Assembly (NCBI GenBank): GCA_045645685.1
Contig: JAZRJH010000179.1
Coordinates: 1-51,900 of the forward strand
Source of the DNA: Acutalibacteraceae bacterium
GTDB taxonomy: Bacteria > Bacillota > Clostridia > Oscillospirales > Acutalibacteraceae
Direction: 5' to 3'
Length of the DNA stretch: 51,900 nt
The notes under the pieces were generated by a model that had not been told where the DNA came from, ran no database searches, and saw only the letters and a list, made by a program, of their open reading frames with translations. The translations under genes were made by a program, and so were the position numbers. Shown in pieces: positions 1 through 11,600 of this stretch; the first letter of the stretch is position 1, and each line of letters starts with the position of its first letter.

Positions 1-58
<58 letters not shown>

Positions 59-65
59 ATTTTTT

Positions 66-141
66 GCCTTAATAGCTCAGTCGGTAGAGCACGCGGCTGT
101 TAACCGCGGTGTCACAGGTTCGAGTCCTGTTTGAGGCGCCA
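66..141 (+). tRNA. tRNA-Asn (GTT)
   Basis: 76-nt cloverleaf: GCCTTAA/TTGAGGC acceptor stem, anticodon loop CTGTTAA, GGTTCGAGTCC T-arm, encoded CCA. Confidence 0.97.
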
Positions 142-143
142 TG

Positions 144-180
144 AAAATACAGATACCCAATCGGGTGTCTGTATTTTTTT
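144..180 (+). terminator. Intrinsic terminator after rrf-tRNA-Asn
   Basis: AAAATACAGATACCC-aatc-GGGTGTCTGTATTTTTTT stem-loop plus T-tract. Confidence 0.85.
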
Positions 181-193
181 ATTGTTACTTAAC

Positions 194-293
194 GGACTCG
201 AAGGGGAGCGGTAGTGAATGACAGTCCGGTGGACTGTCAGAGCCGCGACTGACCGAGGACCGCAGTCCGAGAGTCGAGTCCTGTTTGAGGCGC
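194..293. repeat. tRNA-associated palindromic element ending in a copy of the tRNA-Asn 3' end
   Basis: Palindrome GACAGTCC-ggt-GGACTGTC (220-238); TCGAGTCCTGTTTGAGGCGC at 274-293 is identical to tRNA positions 120-139. Confidence 0.75.
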
Positions 294-382
294 AAGAGAA
301 GAAACCAATCGGATGAGTGGTTTCTTTTTTTATTATCTATAAGATGATTTAGTTATGTTTTATAGATAATTTGTGTGCGATG

Positions 383-391
383 TGTTATAAT
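383..391 (+). promoter_or_regulatory. Extended -10 promoter element
   Basis: TGnTATAAT about 40 nt upstream of the RBS GGAG and ATG at 432. Confidence 0.55.
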
Positions 392-431
392 GTCGGTGTA
401 AAGTTATTTTATTGAAAAAAGGAGAGTTCCT

Positions 432-1787
432 ATGTTCAGTCTTATTAAGAATTTATTTGTCGCATTGTTGGCATTGATTACCTTTGCGGCTCCTTTCGGC
501 GATACTCAGTTGCCTGATCGTAAATGTGCCCCCGAATTCAGCGGTACATTTCTTCAATCATGGATGAGCAGTACCTGGGACGATGAGCGTTGGGCGTCAG
601 AGATTGAATGTATGCAGCGTGACGGCGTTGAATATCTCGTTCTACAGGATCTTGCAAACATGGATGCAGATGGAAACTGGACCGTTTATTATAACAGTTC
701 AATTCCTGCTTTTGACGGTGCTACCTTTGGCGGCGATGTTGTAGGTGCGGCTCTTGAAGCCTGCAAGGATACGGATATCAAGGTTTTTCTTGGTCTGACA
801 ATGTTTGATTCGTTCTGGTTGCTCGGCAATTTTACAGGAGAATACAATTCTGTCTGCACAATTACGGCTGATATGCTTGAAGATATTTATGATGGTTACT
901 ATTCTATCAGTCCTGAAAATTTCTATGGTTGGTATTTCACCCTTGAAATCAATAATCAGATAAATTGCGGTCCGCTTATGGGCAAGCTCGTTAAAGGCTT
1001 TAATACCGTACTTAATAGGGCAACTGAGGTCGACTCCGCTCTGCCGATGATGATAAGTCCGTATACTGCACATTACCTCGATTTGGGTGATGTCGCAACA
1101 TATTCTCAATGGCTCACTTTCTTCGAACAATCTTATTTCAGGGATGGTGACATCGTTGCACCGCAGGATGCAATCGGAGCTGATTGGATTGAGGAAAAAG
1201 ATCTTGTAAAAATCTGGGAAATGTATTCCCAAGCGGCAGAAAAGGCTGATGCAGATATAAAATTGTGGGCAAATTGCGAAAATTTTGATATTGCAACGGG
1301 TCCGAGCATCCTTGGCGGAACAATTCTGCGACCCGAGACTGAAAATATTGAGTCTGTCACTGCTACGCTTGACCGCTTTGTTATGCAGTTGGATATAGCT
1401 TCACGTTATTGCGAGAATATCATTACTTTCTCTTATTCCCACTATTTTTCACCGAACCTTGTAAAGAGTATGTATATCGAAACTTACCGTGATTATGTTG
1501 CGAACGGATATGTGCTTGAAACAGAGAAACCATCCGCACCTGCAAATGCAACGGTCATTTCTGACGAAAACGGTGTGACATTAAGCTGGGAGCCTTCTGA
1601 GGATAACTTTGGTGTTGCTTATTACCGCATTTGCAAAAATGGTGAATTTTTCACACGTGTGGAAAATTATAAATGGGATTATCCTCTTACGGTAACAGAC
1701 GCTGAGGGCATCTCGGGCGATACATATACGATTTTTGCGGTTGATGCCGCAGGAAACCGATCAGACATAGAACTGTCTGTTGATTGA
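432..1787 (+). CDS. Secreted DUF4434-like (glycoside hydrolase TIM-barrel-type) protein with C-terminal FN3-like domain
   Basis: N-terminal signal-like segment; SGTFLQ, GWYFxxE, APQDxxG, LWANCENF and FSYSHY motifs; C-terminal PSAP..LSWEPSEDNFGVAYY...YTIFAVDAAGN FN3 pattern. Confidence 0.8.
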   Translation: MFSLIKNLFVALLALITFAAPFGDTQLPDRKCAPEFSGTFLQSWMSSTWDDERWASEIECMQRDGVEYLVLQDLANMDADGNWTVYYNSSIPAFDGATFGGDVVGAALEACKDTDIKVFLGLTMFDSFWLLGNFTGEYNSVCTITADMLEDIYDGYYSISPENFYGWYFTLEINNQINCGPLMGKLVKGFNTVLNRATEVDSALPMMISPYTAHYLDLGDVATYSQWLTFFEQSYFRDGDIVAPQDAIGADWIEEKDLVKIWEMYSQAAEKADADIKLWANCENFDIATGPSILGGTILRPETENIESVTATLDRFVMQLDIASRYCENIITFSYSHYFSPNLVKSMYIETYRDYVANGYVLETEKPSAPANATVISDENGVTLSWEPSEDNFGVAYYRICKNGEFFTRVENYKWDYPLTVTDAEGISGDTYTIFAVDAAGNRSDIELSVD

Positions 1788-1918
1788 TACTGTGTCGCGA
1801 ATTATACTTTTAATTTAAATTGTTCTTGTTCCGATTGATTTGGTGATACATTTTTATGCTTATTAAAAAATTCAGTTAAGAACAAGTTGGAGCGGGGCTT
1901 GAAATGGTGTAGATATCA

Positions 1919-1959
1919 CAAGAGAAGAAATCACTCATCTGAGTGGTTTCTTCTTTTTT
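1919..1959 (+). terminator. Terminator-like hairpin, near-copy of the hairpin at 293-331
   Basis: CAAGAGAAGAAA...GAGTGGTTTCT followed by a T-tract occurs at both positions. Confidence 0.6.
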
Positions 1960-2007
1960 CTTTGATGTTTTAAATGGCTCTCACCCGTTACACCTCGTAG
2001 TTAATAC

Positions 2008-2074
2008 CGCGGCTGTTAACTGGCTCACGGGTCTGCGCTCGCAGTCCGAGAGTCGAGTCCTGTTTGAGGCGCCA
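2008..2074 (+). pseudogene. tRNA-Asn remnant (anticodon fragment plus 3' end with CCA), att-like
   Basis: CGCGGCTGTTAAC (2008-2020) equals tRNA 92-104; 2053-2074 equals tRNA 120-141; 2040-2072 equals 261-293. Confidence 0.75.
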
Positions 2075-2081
2075 AAGCATG

Positions 2082-2123
2082 ATAATCCGAACCTTTTCTT
2101 TTATCAGAATCGGTTCGGATTAT
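2082..2123. repeat. Inverted repeat ATAATCCGAACC/GGTTCGGATTAT downstream of the tRNA 3' fragment
   Basis: 12-bp perfect inverted repeat; same core and spacing recur after tRNA-Tyr. Confidence 0.8.
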
Positions 2124-2698
2124 TACTTTTTATCTGATATTTATTTCCTTTTCAAAAGCAAACGGAGTAGCTCAATGCTGCTCCGTCTTTTTTATGTCTT
2201 GTTTTGTTGGCTTTCTTTTCATTCAGCGAATTCTCACTGACCTTCTTCGCTATGGAAAAACTCTAATATGTCCGGATACAAGGCTTCTGCCAATGTCTCC
2301 AATGCGTCTTCCGATATGCCCGAAATTAATCTCGATGCTTTTACAGCTACGTAATAGTCTTTCTTTTAGCATAGTAAGCAAGCAAAACGATCCTTAAATT
2401 TTAAAAATAATTCTCTTAACAAATGAAATACTAAATCATGATTTAATGAATTATTATGCATTTTATATTCGCCGAATATAAAAATTAAACATAGTGCATC
2501 CTGCAATATATAGAAAAAAAACGCATAAAATAGAATCTATGTTTTTAATTTATTAATAAACTCCTATAATTAATATTTACTTACTGCATATTTGGTCGAA
2601 CTTTAGTCTGCTTTCTGAATATTTGATGAATATTATAAAACATTTATCGGCATATTTTGTATATGATATCATTCAAAATAGCCTTATGGGGGTACAAA

Positions 2699-3385
2699 AT
2701 GAAGATTCAGTTAATCACAAATAATAGTACAATTGTTGATAAAATTCACAAATTTATTGTTAATGAATATCCTGAATATACTATTGATACAGATTGCATA
2801 CAAACTGCAAATGATATCACAATAAATGATAAATTTGATGTTGTATTTATTGATGATTCATTGGGAGAGCTTTTGATTCCTACGGCTGTTTTTATTAAAA
2901 AACATTACTCCGAATGCAAGATTATTGTATTATCAGATAATATTGCTTTACTTTCTGATTTGTTGTTATACATCACTCCGTTTGGAGTGATAGATAAGCC
3001 ATTGCATAACAAAATTATTCACAGATATCTTGAGGCGGTTAAAGCATCTGATAAGGCTATAAACAAATTTTGCTATATAGAAAAAGGAAGGAAAAGAACT
3101 GTTTCATTTTCCAATATTATTTACATCGAAAGCAACAGAGAAAAAATCATTGTCAGAACAACAAAATCTATTTTTAGTTTATGGATGAAAATAAGTGAAG
3201 CCGAACCACAATTCCCTGATTATTTTGTAAGATGCCATAATAGTTTTTTGGTTAATATGAATCACGTTGTTGACTGTCAAAAAAGCACTTTCAAACTTAC
3301 CAACGGACAAGAAATTGCAATCAGCCGATCAAGAAAAGATGAAACAATGGAGAAATTTCTTGCGTTTATGGACTCTGTAAGATAA
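2699..3385 (+). CDS. LytTR-family regulator with degenerate receiver domain
   Basis: IIYIES..., FVRCHNSFLVNM and IAISRSRK LytTR motifs; VVFID receiver Asp present but N-terminal acidic pocket replaced by TNN; ATG at 2699 follows GGGGG. Confidence 0.9.
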   Translation: MKIQLITNNSTIVDKIHKFIVNEYPEYTIDTDCIQTANDITINDKFDVVFIDDSLGELLIPTAVFIKKHYSECKIIVLSDNIALLSDLLLYITPFGVIDKPLHNKIIHRYLEAVKASDKAINKFCYIEKGRKRTVSFSNIIYIESNREKIIVRTTKSIFSLWMKISEAEPQFPDYFVRCHNSFLVNMNHVVDCQKSTFKLTNGQEIAISRSRKDETMEKFLAFMDSVR

Positions 3386-3522
3386 CATCCAAACATGTTG
3401 CATTTTGTTGGATTTATGTGCTAATTGTAGAACAAATATTTATTTATATTATATATAAATATATAATTATTTTTATAAAACAATGTATAAGCTAACTTTT
3501 TAGATTTGAATGGAGAAAAAAG

Positions 3523-5187
3523 ATGCTTAAAATCGGTTCAGTACTTGATGGTAAATATAAAATACTCTCTGAAATCGGCCACGGCGGCATGAGTGTTGTT
3601 TATATGGCGCTCAATGAAAAAGCAAATAAAACTTGGGCCGTTAAAGAAATCCGAAAAGACGGAAAGATGGACTTCAATGTTGTTAAACAGGGTCTTGTGG
3701 CTGAAATAGAAACTCTCAAGAAGCTGAAGCACAATAATCTTCCGAGCATTGTTGATGTTATCGAAGATAAGGATTCATTTATCATTGTAATGGATTATAT
3801 CGAAGGCAACTCGTTGGACAGAGCTTTGGCTGATAACGGACCGCAATCTCAGGATGATGTTATAAATTGGGCTATTCAGTTGTGTGATGTTTTAGGATAT
3901 CTTCATTCATGTAATCCGCCTATAATTTACAGAGATATGAAGCCTGCGAACATCATGCTTAAGCCTGATGGAAGCATTGCACTTATAGATTTCGGAACTG
4001 CAAAGACATATGAAATAGATCTTGGTGAAACAACAGGTATAGGAACTATTGGTTATGCTGCCCCTGAACAATATCTCGGCAGCGGTCTTGGCAGAACTGA
4101 TGCCAGAACAGATATCTATTGCCTTGGAATTACATTATATCACTTACTTACAGGAATTGATCCTTGCAAAAATGTTATCAGTGACAGATCAATAAGAGCG
4201 GTTAATCCCTCTTTCTCATATGGGTTAGATGAAATAATCATAAAATGTACTCAGCCTAATCCGAACGACAGATATCAATCGTGTGCCGAACTGTTATATG
4301 CATTGGAACATCATAACGAGATGGGTGAGATTTACAATAAGAATCTCAAAAAAAAGCTAGGCATCTTCATTGCTCCTGTTGTTTTATCGTTGGTTATGGC
4401 TTTTGCAAGTATATTCTGCGGTGTTTCTGCTGATGGAAAAAAGAAGAACGATTACGACAATATTATAAAAAGCATCTATTCATTGCCTGATTATCAAAGC
4501 AGATGCGAACAGTTGAAAAAAGCAGTAAAAATGTCTCCGGAAAGAGAAGATGCATACTTAACGATGCTCGAGGTTGTTCTTGAGGAAGAAACTTCAAACG
4601 AAGGGGCATACATGATAAGTGCTGACGAGTCAGGTTTTCTGAATTGGTGTCTTACAGACACTGAAATGAATTATCTTGATGTTTTGAAGGAAGAAAATCC
4701 CGACGGACATCTTAATGTCTGCAAGGAAATGGGATTCAAGCTTTGGTACAACTATAAAAGTGAAAACGGCGGATATGATGTTGCCAGAGGGTGGTTCAGA
4801 AGAATTGCGGATGTTGATAATGTTGCGGAAATGTTTTCAGATATTGCAGAAAGTCGTGAAAAAATAAAGCAGCTCAGAGGACGTAACAATCCTAACAGTG
4901 AAGCTCTTTACGTGGAGTGCTGGACTACTTTGAACGATATGTACAATCTTTCCGAAACAATCACCGATAAAAGTTATAAAAAGGTTGCTCTGAATGAAAT
5001 TGCGGATTGTATTTCGATGTATGTTACAGGATTTCTCACAGAAACTGAAGAGATAACAAAGGACGATTTGTCAGGGTTACTTAAAAAAGTCAAAGAAGAA
5101 GCAAAGACAATGTTTGCAACAGATAGCAATTTACTTGCTAAAATCGATGAGGCACAAGCAAGAATAGAAATGGTTGTTGTTGAATAA
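3523..5187 (+). CDS. Hanks-type Ser/Thr protein kinase with one TM helix and C-terminal helical ectodomain
   Basis: IGHGGMSVV, AVKE, YRDMKPANIM, DFG, GTIGYAAPE, DIYCLG; hydrophobic GIFIAPVVLSLVMAFASIF. Confidence 0.96.
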   Translation: MLKIGSVLDGKYKILSEIGHGGMSVVYMALNEKANKTWAVKEIRKDGKMDFNVVKQGLVAEIETLKKLKHNNLPSIVDVIEDKDSFIIVMDYIEGNSLDRALADNGPQSQDDVINWAIQLCDVLGYLHSCNPPIIYRDMKPANIMLKPDGSIALIDFGTAKTYEIDLGETTGIGTIGYAAPEQYLGSGLGRTDARTDIYCLGITLYHLLTGIDPCKNVISDRSIRAVNPSFSYGLDEIIIKCTQPNPNDRYQSCAELLYALEHHNEMGEIYNKNLKKKLGIFIAPVVLSLVMAFASIFCGVSADGKKKNDYDNIIKSIYSLPDYQSRCEQLKKAVKMSPEREDAYLTMLEVVLEEETSNEGAYMISADESGFLNWCLTDTEMNYLDVLKEENPDGHLNVCKEMGFKLWYNYKSENGGYDVARGWFRRIADVDNVAEMFSDIAESREKIKQLRGRNNPNSEALYVECWTTLNDMYNLSETITDKSYKKVALNEIADCISMYVTGFLTETEEITKDDLSGLLKKVKEEAKTMFATDSNLLAKIDEAQARIEMVVVE

Positions 5188-5210
5188 TAGTCTTGAAATA
5201 AAATTCGTGT

Positions 5211-5699
5211 ATGGTTGGAGTTGAGTGGGCTTTGAATAAATCAAATAGTGACAGAACAGTTCTGTCGATTTTTTATCTTTCAATCGGATTCATGGCTTTG
5301 TTTGCGGCGTCATTTCTGATGATGCCCGTGGCAAACGGAATATCACTGAACGAAGGAAAAAACGGAATTTTGTATCTTGTTGGAATTGTTTTTTGGTTAT
5401 CATTTTTGTTATCGCAGGTTATGATGATAACAGTTTCGATAAAAAGAAAAGCTGACAAAAGATACAGCAAAAAGAAAAGATTGGGTTTGATATCATTTTT
5501 TTCCAACAGAGAAGCAACGATTGCGGATATACTCACGGCAGTTTTTACAGCTGTATTTGTAATCTGCACATTAACAACAGATAGTTATTTGATATACGTT
5601 TTTCTCTGTCTTGCGGTGCTTTCATTCGAAATGCACTGCGTTCTGAACGGAAAAAATTATGCTTATATAAAAGAATTGAAGTCTGGGGGCAGCGTGTGA
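5211..5699 (+). CDS. Integral membrane protein (about 4 TM), unknown function
   Basis: Four hydrophobic segments; stop codon overlaps the start of the next gene (GTGA). Confidence 0.75.
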   Translation: MVGVEWALNKSNSDRTVLSIFYLSIGFMALFAASFLMMPVANGISLNEGKNGILYLVGIVFWLSFLLSQVMMITVSIKRKADKRYSKKKRLGLISFFSNREATIADILTAVFTAVFVICTLTTDSYLIYVFLCLAVLSFEMHCVLNGKNYAYIKELKSGGSV

Positions 5700-8600
5700 T
5701 GAATTTTAAAAAAGGAACAACAGCATCAAAGATACTGTCAATTGTGCTTTCGCTTGTGATGGTTCTTAGTGCCATTCCCATGCAGGAAACGGTTGCATAT
5801 GCGGCAGAATTTGAAACAAACCAAAATGTCTTTTCTGTCCAGTATCTGAAAAAAGATGTTGTTCAGAGCGGAGTCGAAATCAAAATCAAACCCAATGAGG
5901 ATAAAGACGATACTTTTTCAGGCGTTACTGATGAGTATGGTGTGTGGAAATCAGATGTAACATGGGAATCGCTTTCGGATGTTTTCTATGTTTATATCAA
6001 TGGTGAAGCAAAAACAGTAACCAAACCCGGAAAACCCAATAAATTCCTTATTATTTCAGATGACGAAAAAAAGTGGACCGATCGTGCAATGCCTCTTGTG
6101 TCGGTTGTTATCGGAGCTGACAAGTCGACAGTAACAAGAGGAGAATCGTTCGAACTCAAAGCATCCGCAATTGGTACTCCTTATGCATATCAGTGGTATC
6201 TTGATTCAAAGAAAATTGACGGAGCAACCGAACGTTTTCTTATTATTGACAGTGCAACGCTTGAAGACGGCGGCACATACACATGTAAGGTAACAGATTT
6301 AAACGGAGATTCAAGAACATCAAATGAAGTCACCGTTAAAGTCAGCGAAAAAACTCCTGAAAAAGTAACTCTCAATGCATATGCAGACGGAAAAGAAATC
6401 GACGGAGATATTTCAAGAGATTCTGTAAAAGAAGTTGAAATCAAGCTGGAAAACCTTCCCAAGGATGCAGCTGTTTCAGAAGTTGAATATTATATCAACG
6501 ACAAGTGTGTCAGTTCAGGAACAACAGAGCTTTCATATGTTTTCAAAATCGAAGACGGCGTTGAAGTGTATGCTTGCAAGGCAAAGGTAGCTTTTGATAA
6601 GACATATGAATCCGTTGAAGTTGAGTGTTCTGTCCATGCTCCTCTTCTTGCACAGGATGAATTAGTAATCACCGTTGACGGTGCTGAATATGACGAGGAA
6701 ACAGGCACTTATAACATTACTTATTCAGCTTCTCCCAAAGCAAAATTTGATGTTACCGTCACAGGCGGTTCAGGCGACGGTGCTTACTCACTTAAAATAA
6801 CAGATGAGAAGGATTCAAGCGGAAAAAGTCTTTTCACCAAAGGAAAGATAGCCACTGCAAGCCAGACATTCACAAAGAATAAGTGGACTGTGACAGTAAA
6901 CAACGCAGGTTCTTTCAATTTGGTGGCATCCAGAGCGAGTGACGGAAGCTACAAAGATGTTGAACCCGTTACAATTTCCGTAAATGTTGCAAAGGCAACT
7001 CCCGAAGGTTTTGCTTTTGTAACAGAAGCTCCCGAAGCAGTTACATATAACGAAAACGGCAATAAATTCAGCAATCCTGTTGTTGACGGATTCACAGATG
7101 TTGTTTATTCAATCGAATCAGGCGATTGCGCAACAATCGACGGTAAAACAGGCGAGCTTACAATAACAAAAGCAGGCGAAGTTACAGTTAAGGCTGTTCT
7201 TGCAGGCAACAAAAACTATGAAGAAGCAACCGCAACCTATACTCTCACAGTAAACAAGGCTGCACAGAATGTTGCATTTGAAGAAAAAGCAGAAACAATT
7301 TTCTACGGCGAATCATATTCAAGAATTGCAAACCCTGTAAAGGTTGAAACTGCAGCTGACGGTTATGGTTATAACCATGACGAGGGCGTTAAAGTTGAAT
7401 ATTCAATTGCTGACGAAACAGTTGCAAGCGCAAATGAAGACGGAAGTCTTTCATTCAAGGATTTTGCTCTCGGCACAGTAACTGTCAAAGCAACATATGC
7501 AGGAAATGACTGCTATGAAGCTGCAGAAGCAGAATATACACTTACCGTTGAAGAATATACAGTTGAAAATCCTTGCACAACAGACGGTGACAAGATTATC
7601 GCTGGCGGCGAATGGTATACAGGCGACATCACAATTACCCCTGCTGAAAATCATCTCATCGGCAGAACAAACAACCTCGGCGATTATTCAGAATGGTCAG
7701 AGTCAATCGTTATTGATACCGAAGGCAATGAAAACGGATTCGATTTCTACGTCAAGAATATCGAAACAGGCGCAATTTCACAGCTTTACACAGTTGAATC
7801 CGAAGCTGTTAAGCTTGATAAATCAGCTCCCGAAAACCTTAAGGTAAGCTATCAGACACAGTCATGGTACGAAGATGTGATTGAGAGCGTAACTTTCGGT
7901 TACTATAATTCAGTTGTTACCTTCACTCTTGAAGCAGACGACGATGTTTCGGGTGTTGAATATTTCGTATGGAAGCTCGCTTCCGATGAAACAGATGAAA
8001 CTGTTGTTCCCGAAACAACAGTTGCCGCAACTGAAACTGACGGCATTTACAAATCAGACGTATGTGTTCTCGGCGATGAGAATGACCTTCAGGAACTCCG
8101 CGGTAAAATCTCATTTGTTGCATATGACTTTGCAGGCAATTCAGAAGAGTATGAAGACAGCTATGTAATTGTCATTGATGCAAAAGATCCCGAACTCTAT
8201 ATCAACACCAACGTTTCGCCCGAAACCGTTGTTAACAATGCATATCCCTACGGACAGGCAGACGAAACATCCGAAGATACAATTGAAATTTTCGGCAACG
8301 AAGTTGAACTCACATTCGGTATTATCGAAAAGAACTTCTTTGAAGATAATGCATATGTTGAAATCAACGGAGAAGATGTAACATCAAAGCTTTCATGGGT
8401 TGCTTCAGGCGATAATCACTATGCAACCTACACTCTGAAGGCTGACGCTGATTACGAAATCACTCTCGTTTATGAAGATGTTTTCGGCGAAGATGCAGAA
8501 AACAAAGAAATCAAGAAGACATACGAAGCATCAAAGTCGCTTGCAATTGACACAGAAGCACCGGCTGTTTCCGTTTCACTCAGCGCAGCTGACTATGAAG

Positions 8601-11600
8601 CATCCGATGTTAAATATTATGATGACACAGTAACAGTTGAAATTGCGGTTGAAGAAGAAAAGTTCAATCCCGCAGGTATCGTTGTTTCAAGCGTTGAAGG
8701 CTTCAAGGGCATGAGCATTGAAAACGTCGAATACCTCAAGAATGCCGACAGCTGGTCATACGATTCAGATATCGGTGCATACAAGGCGATTGCAGAATTC
8801 GTTGCAGCAGATGCAGACGGCGACTATGCTTTCGCAGTTGATTACACAGACCTTGCAAAGAAAGTTGCAGATAAGGCTGAATCAGGCACATTTGTTATCG
8901 ATACAACAGCACCCCAGACTGATATTGAATCAGCAGTTGAGCCTGAAATCACAGTAAATGACAGCTATCCTTATGAAACAGCTGAAAAGGATGCAGAAAA
9001 TTCAGTTGACATTTTCGCATCAGCAACAGAATTCGTTTTCAAAATCACAGAAAAGAATTTCTTTGAAGACGGTGCAGAAGTAACCGTTAACGGAAATGAA
9101 GTTTCACTTGAGTGGAACAGCGAAAACAATGTCAACACCGCAACTTATACAATCGACAAAAACGGCGATTATGAAATCAAACTTTCATACACTGATATTT
9201 TCGGCAATGCAGTTTATGAATCAACAGATTTTGTTTCAGTTGATATGATTGCTCCCGAAGTAACAGTTGTTCTCGGTGAAGCTGATTTTGAGGCTGATGA
9301 TGTCAAGTATTATGACAGCGCAGTAACTGCAGAAATCAAGGTTAAAGAAGAGAGATTCAACCCTGCAGGAATCAGCGTTTCTGAAATCGAAGGTTTTGCA
9401 GGCATGAGCGCTGAAAACATTGCTTATCTTGCACAGATTTCGAGTTGGGAACCCGAAGACGATGGTTATAAGGCATCTGTTATTTTTACTGCAAAAAATG
9501 CAGACGGCGATTATGCTTTCGCAGTTGATTATACAGACCTTGCAAAGAAAGTTGCAGATAAGGCCGAATCAGGCACATTTGTTATCGATACAACAGCCCC
9601 CCAGACTGATATTGAATCGGCAGTTGAGCCTGTAATCACATTAAATGACAGCTATCCTTATGAAACAGCTGAAAAGGATGCAGAAAATTCGGTTGACATT
9701 TTCGCATCAGAAACAGAATTCGTTTTCACAATCACAGAAAAGAATTTCTTTGAAGACGGTGCAGAAGTAACCATTAACGGAAATGAAGTTTCACTTGAGT
9801 GGAACAGCGAAAACAATGTCAACACCGCAACTTATACAATCGACAAAAACGGCGATTATGAAATCAAACTTTCATATACCGATATTTTCGGCAATGCAGT
9901 TTATGAATCAACAGATTTTGTTTCAGTTGATATGGAGAATCCTTTCGTAACAATCGAACTCAATGCAGAAAATCAGGTGTACGACGGAATTAAATACTAT
10001 AACAGCTATGTCGTTGCGAAGATTACTGTTAAGGAAGAAAGATTCAATCCTGAAGATATTGCTATTTCAGAAATTGAAGGCCTTGCAGGTATGAGCGAAG
10101 CAAACAAGAATTATCTTCTTGATTCTGAAAATTGGCAGTATAACACAGAAAGTAAATCCTACAGCGCATCGGTTGCATTTACTACCGAAAATGCAGAGGA
10201 TGTTTACGGATTTGCTGTTGATTATAAGGACATCGCCAACAATTCCGCAATGCAGGTTGTTTCGGATACGTTTGTTATCGATGTTACGGTTCCTGTTATA
10301 TCTGTTGATTACGGAACTGCAAGAATTCTTGATTCAGATAATCTTCCTTTAGAGAATCTTGATAATATCGACAGCAACAGCGCAACGGTTTATGACAACA
10401 AAGATGTGGTTGTGACGGTTGTTGTTGAAGAAACAAATTTTGATCCCGCTAAGGTTATCGCAATGCTTTCACAGAATTTCAAGGAAGCAAAAGCTTGTGA
10501 TTTTGACGGAGAGTGGGTATCGGACGGAGATAAACACACAAACACAATAACATTAAGAGAGAAGGATGTTTACAAATTAAATATCACTTGTGTTGATCGC
10601 AGTGATAACAAATCCGCTGAATATGTATCACCTAAAATTGATATCAACGATTCAGAGCCTTCAATTACTTTTGATGTTACACCCGAAAGCGAAAACGGAT
10701 ATTACAAAGAAGATTCCCTTGATGTAACAGTTAAGATTTTTGATGAATATTTCGCACAGGAAAATGTGGATATCAAAATTGAAACCGTTGATCTTGACGG
10801 AAAGAAAATTGAACTTGATGTCGAAGATGTGATTCCTGATTACAATGATATCGAATGGACAACAGGTGAAAACTTCTGTAACAGCATTGTTTTCACATTT
10901 GCAACCGAAGGCAGATACAGCATCACAGTTGAATATGCCAATGCAGTTGATATCAGCGATAAATCACTTTGTGAATTCGTTCTTGACCGCACTGCACCTA
11001 CACACGAAATAACATATTCAGAATCAGTATACCAGACAATTCTCAACACCATTACATTCAGACTTTTCAACAGCAGTAAGTCAGAAGTCAAGGTAACCGT
11101 CAAGGCTACAGATATGGTTTCCGGTATCAAGAAAATGGTAGTTGAATATTCTGAAGAACTCAAGCCTGAAGAATATTACGGTGTTGAAAACATCGTGCCG
11201 AAGGCAGAGTTTACCAACAACAGCGAAAATGACGAAAAGGTTTATGAAGAAACCTGGATTGTCAATGCAGAAAATGCAACTGTTGAGGCAAAGGCAAATA
11301 TCAAGGTTACGGTAACTGATAATGCAGGTAACATTACGGAAGAAGAAGACAGGGTTGACAAGAACAACGAAGTAGGAATCGATAACGTTTCTTCAACTAT
11401 TTCGATGTCATATGGCGATGCGGTTATTCTTAACTCGGAAAATGTTGAAACAGACAGCTTTGAAGAGAGCGAGAAAAACAACGTAACAATCTATGATAAT
11501 AAAAATATTGTTGTAACTGTTACTGTTAATGAACCCAATTTCAACCCAGAAAAAACCGAATGCTATCTCTCTGTTGATTATGCAGAAGCACAGAAACACA

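Noticed and set aside
2008-2074. Second functional tRNA-Asn
   Set aside because: No 5' acceptor strand or D-arm, and the anticodon stem is broken.
1943-2137. 64-aa ORF as a real gene
   Set aside because: It runs through a terminator and the tRNA remnant with no RBS; only its last 21 codons are of interest as a possible recombinase tail.
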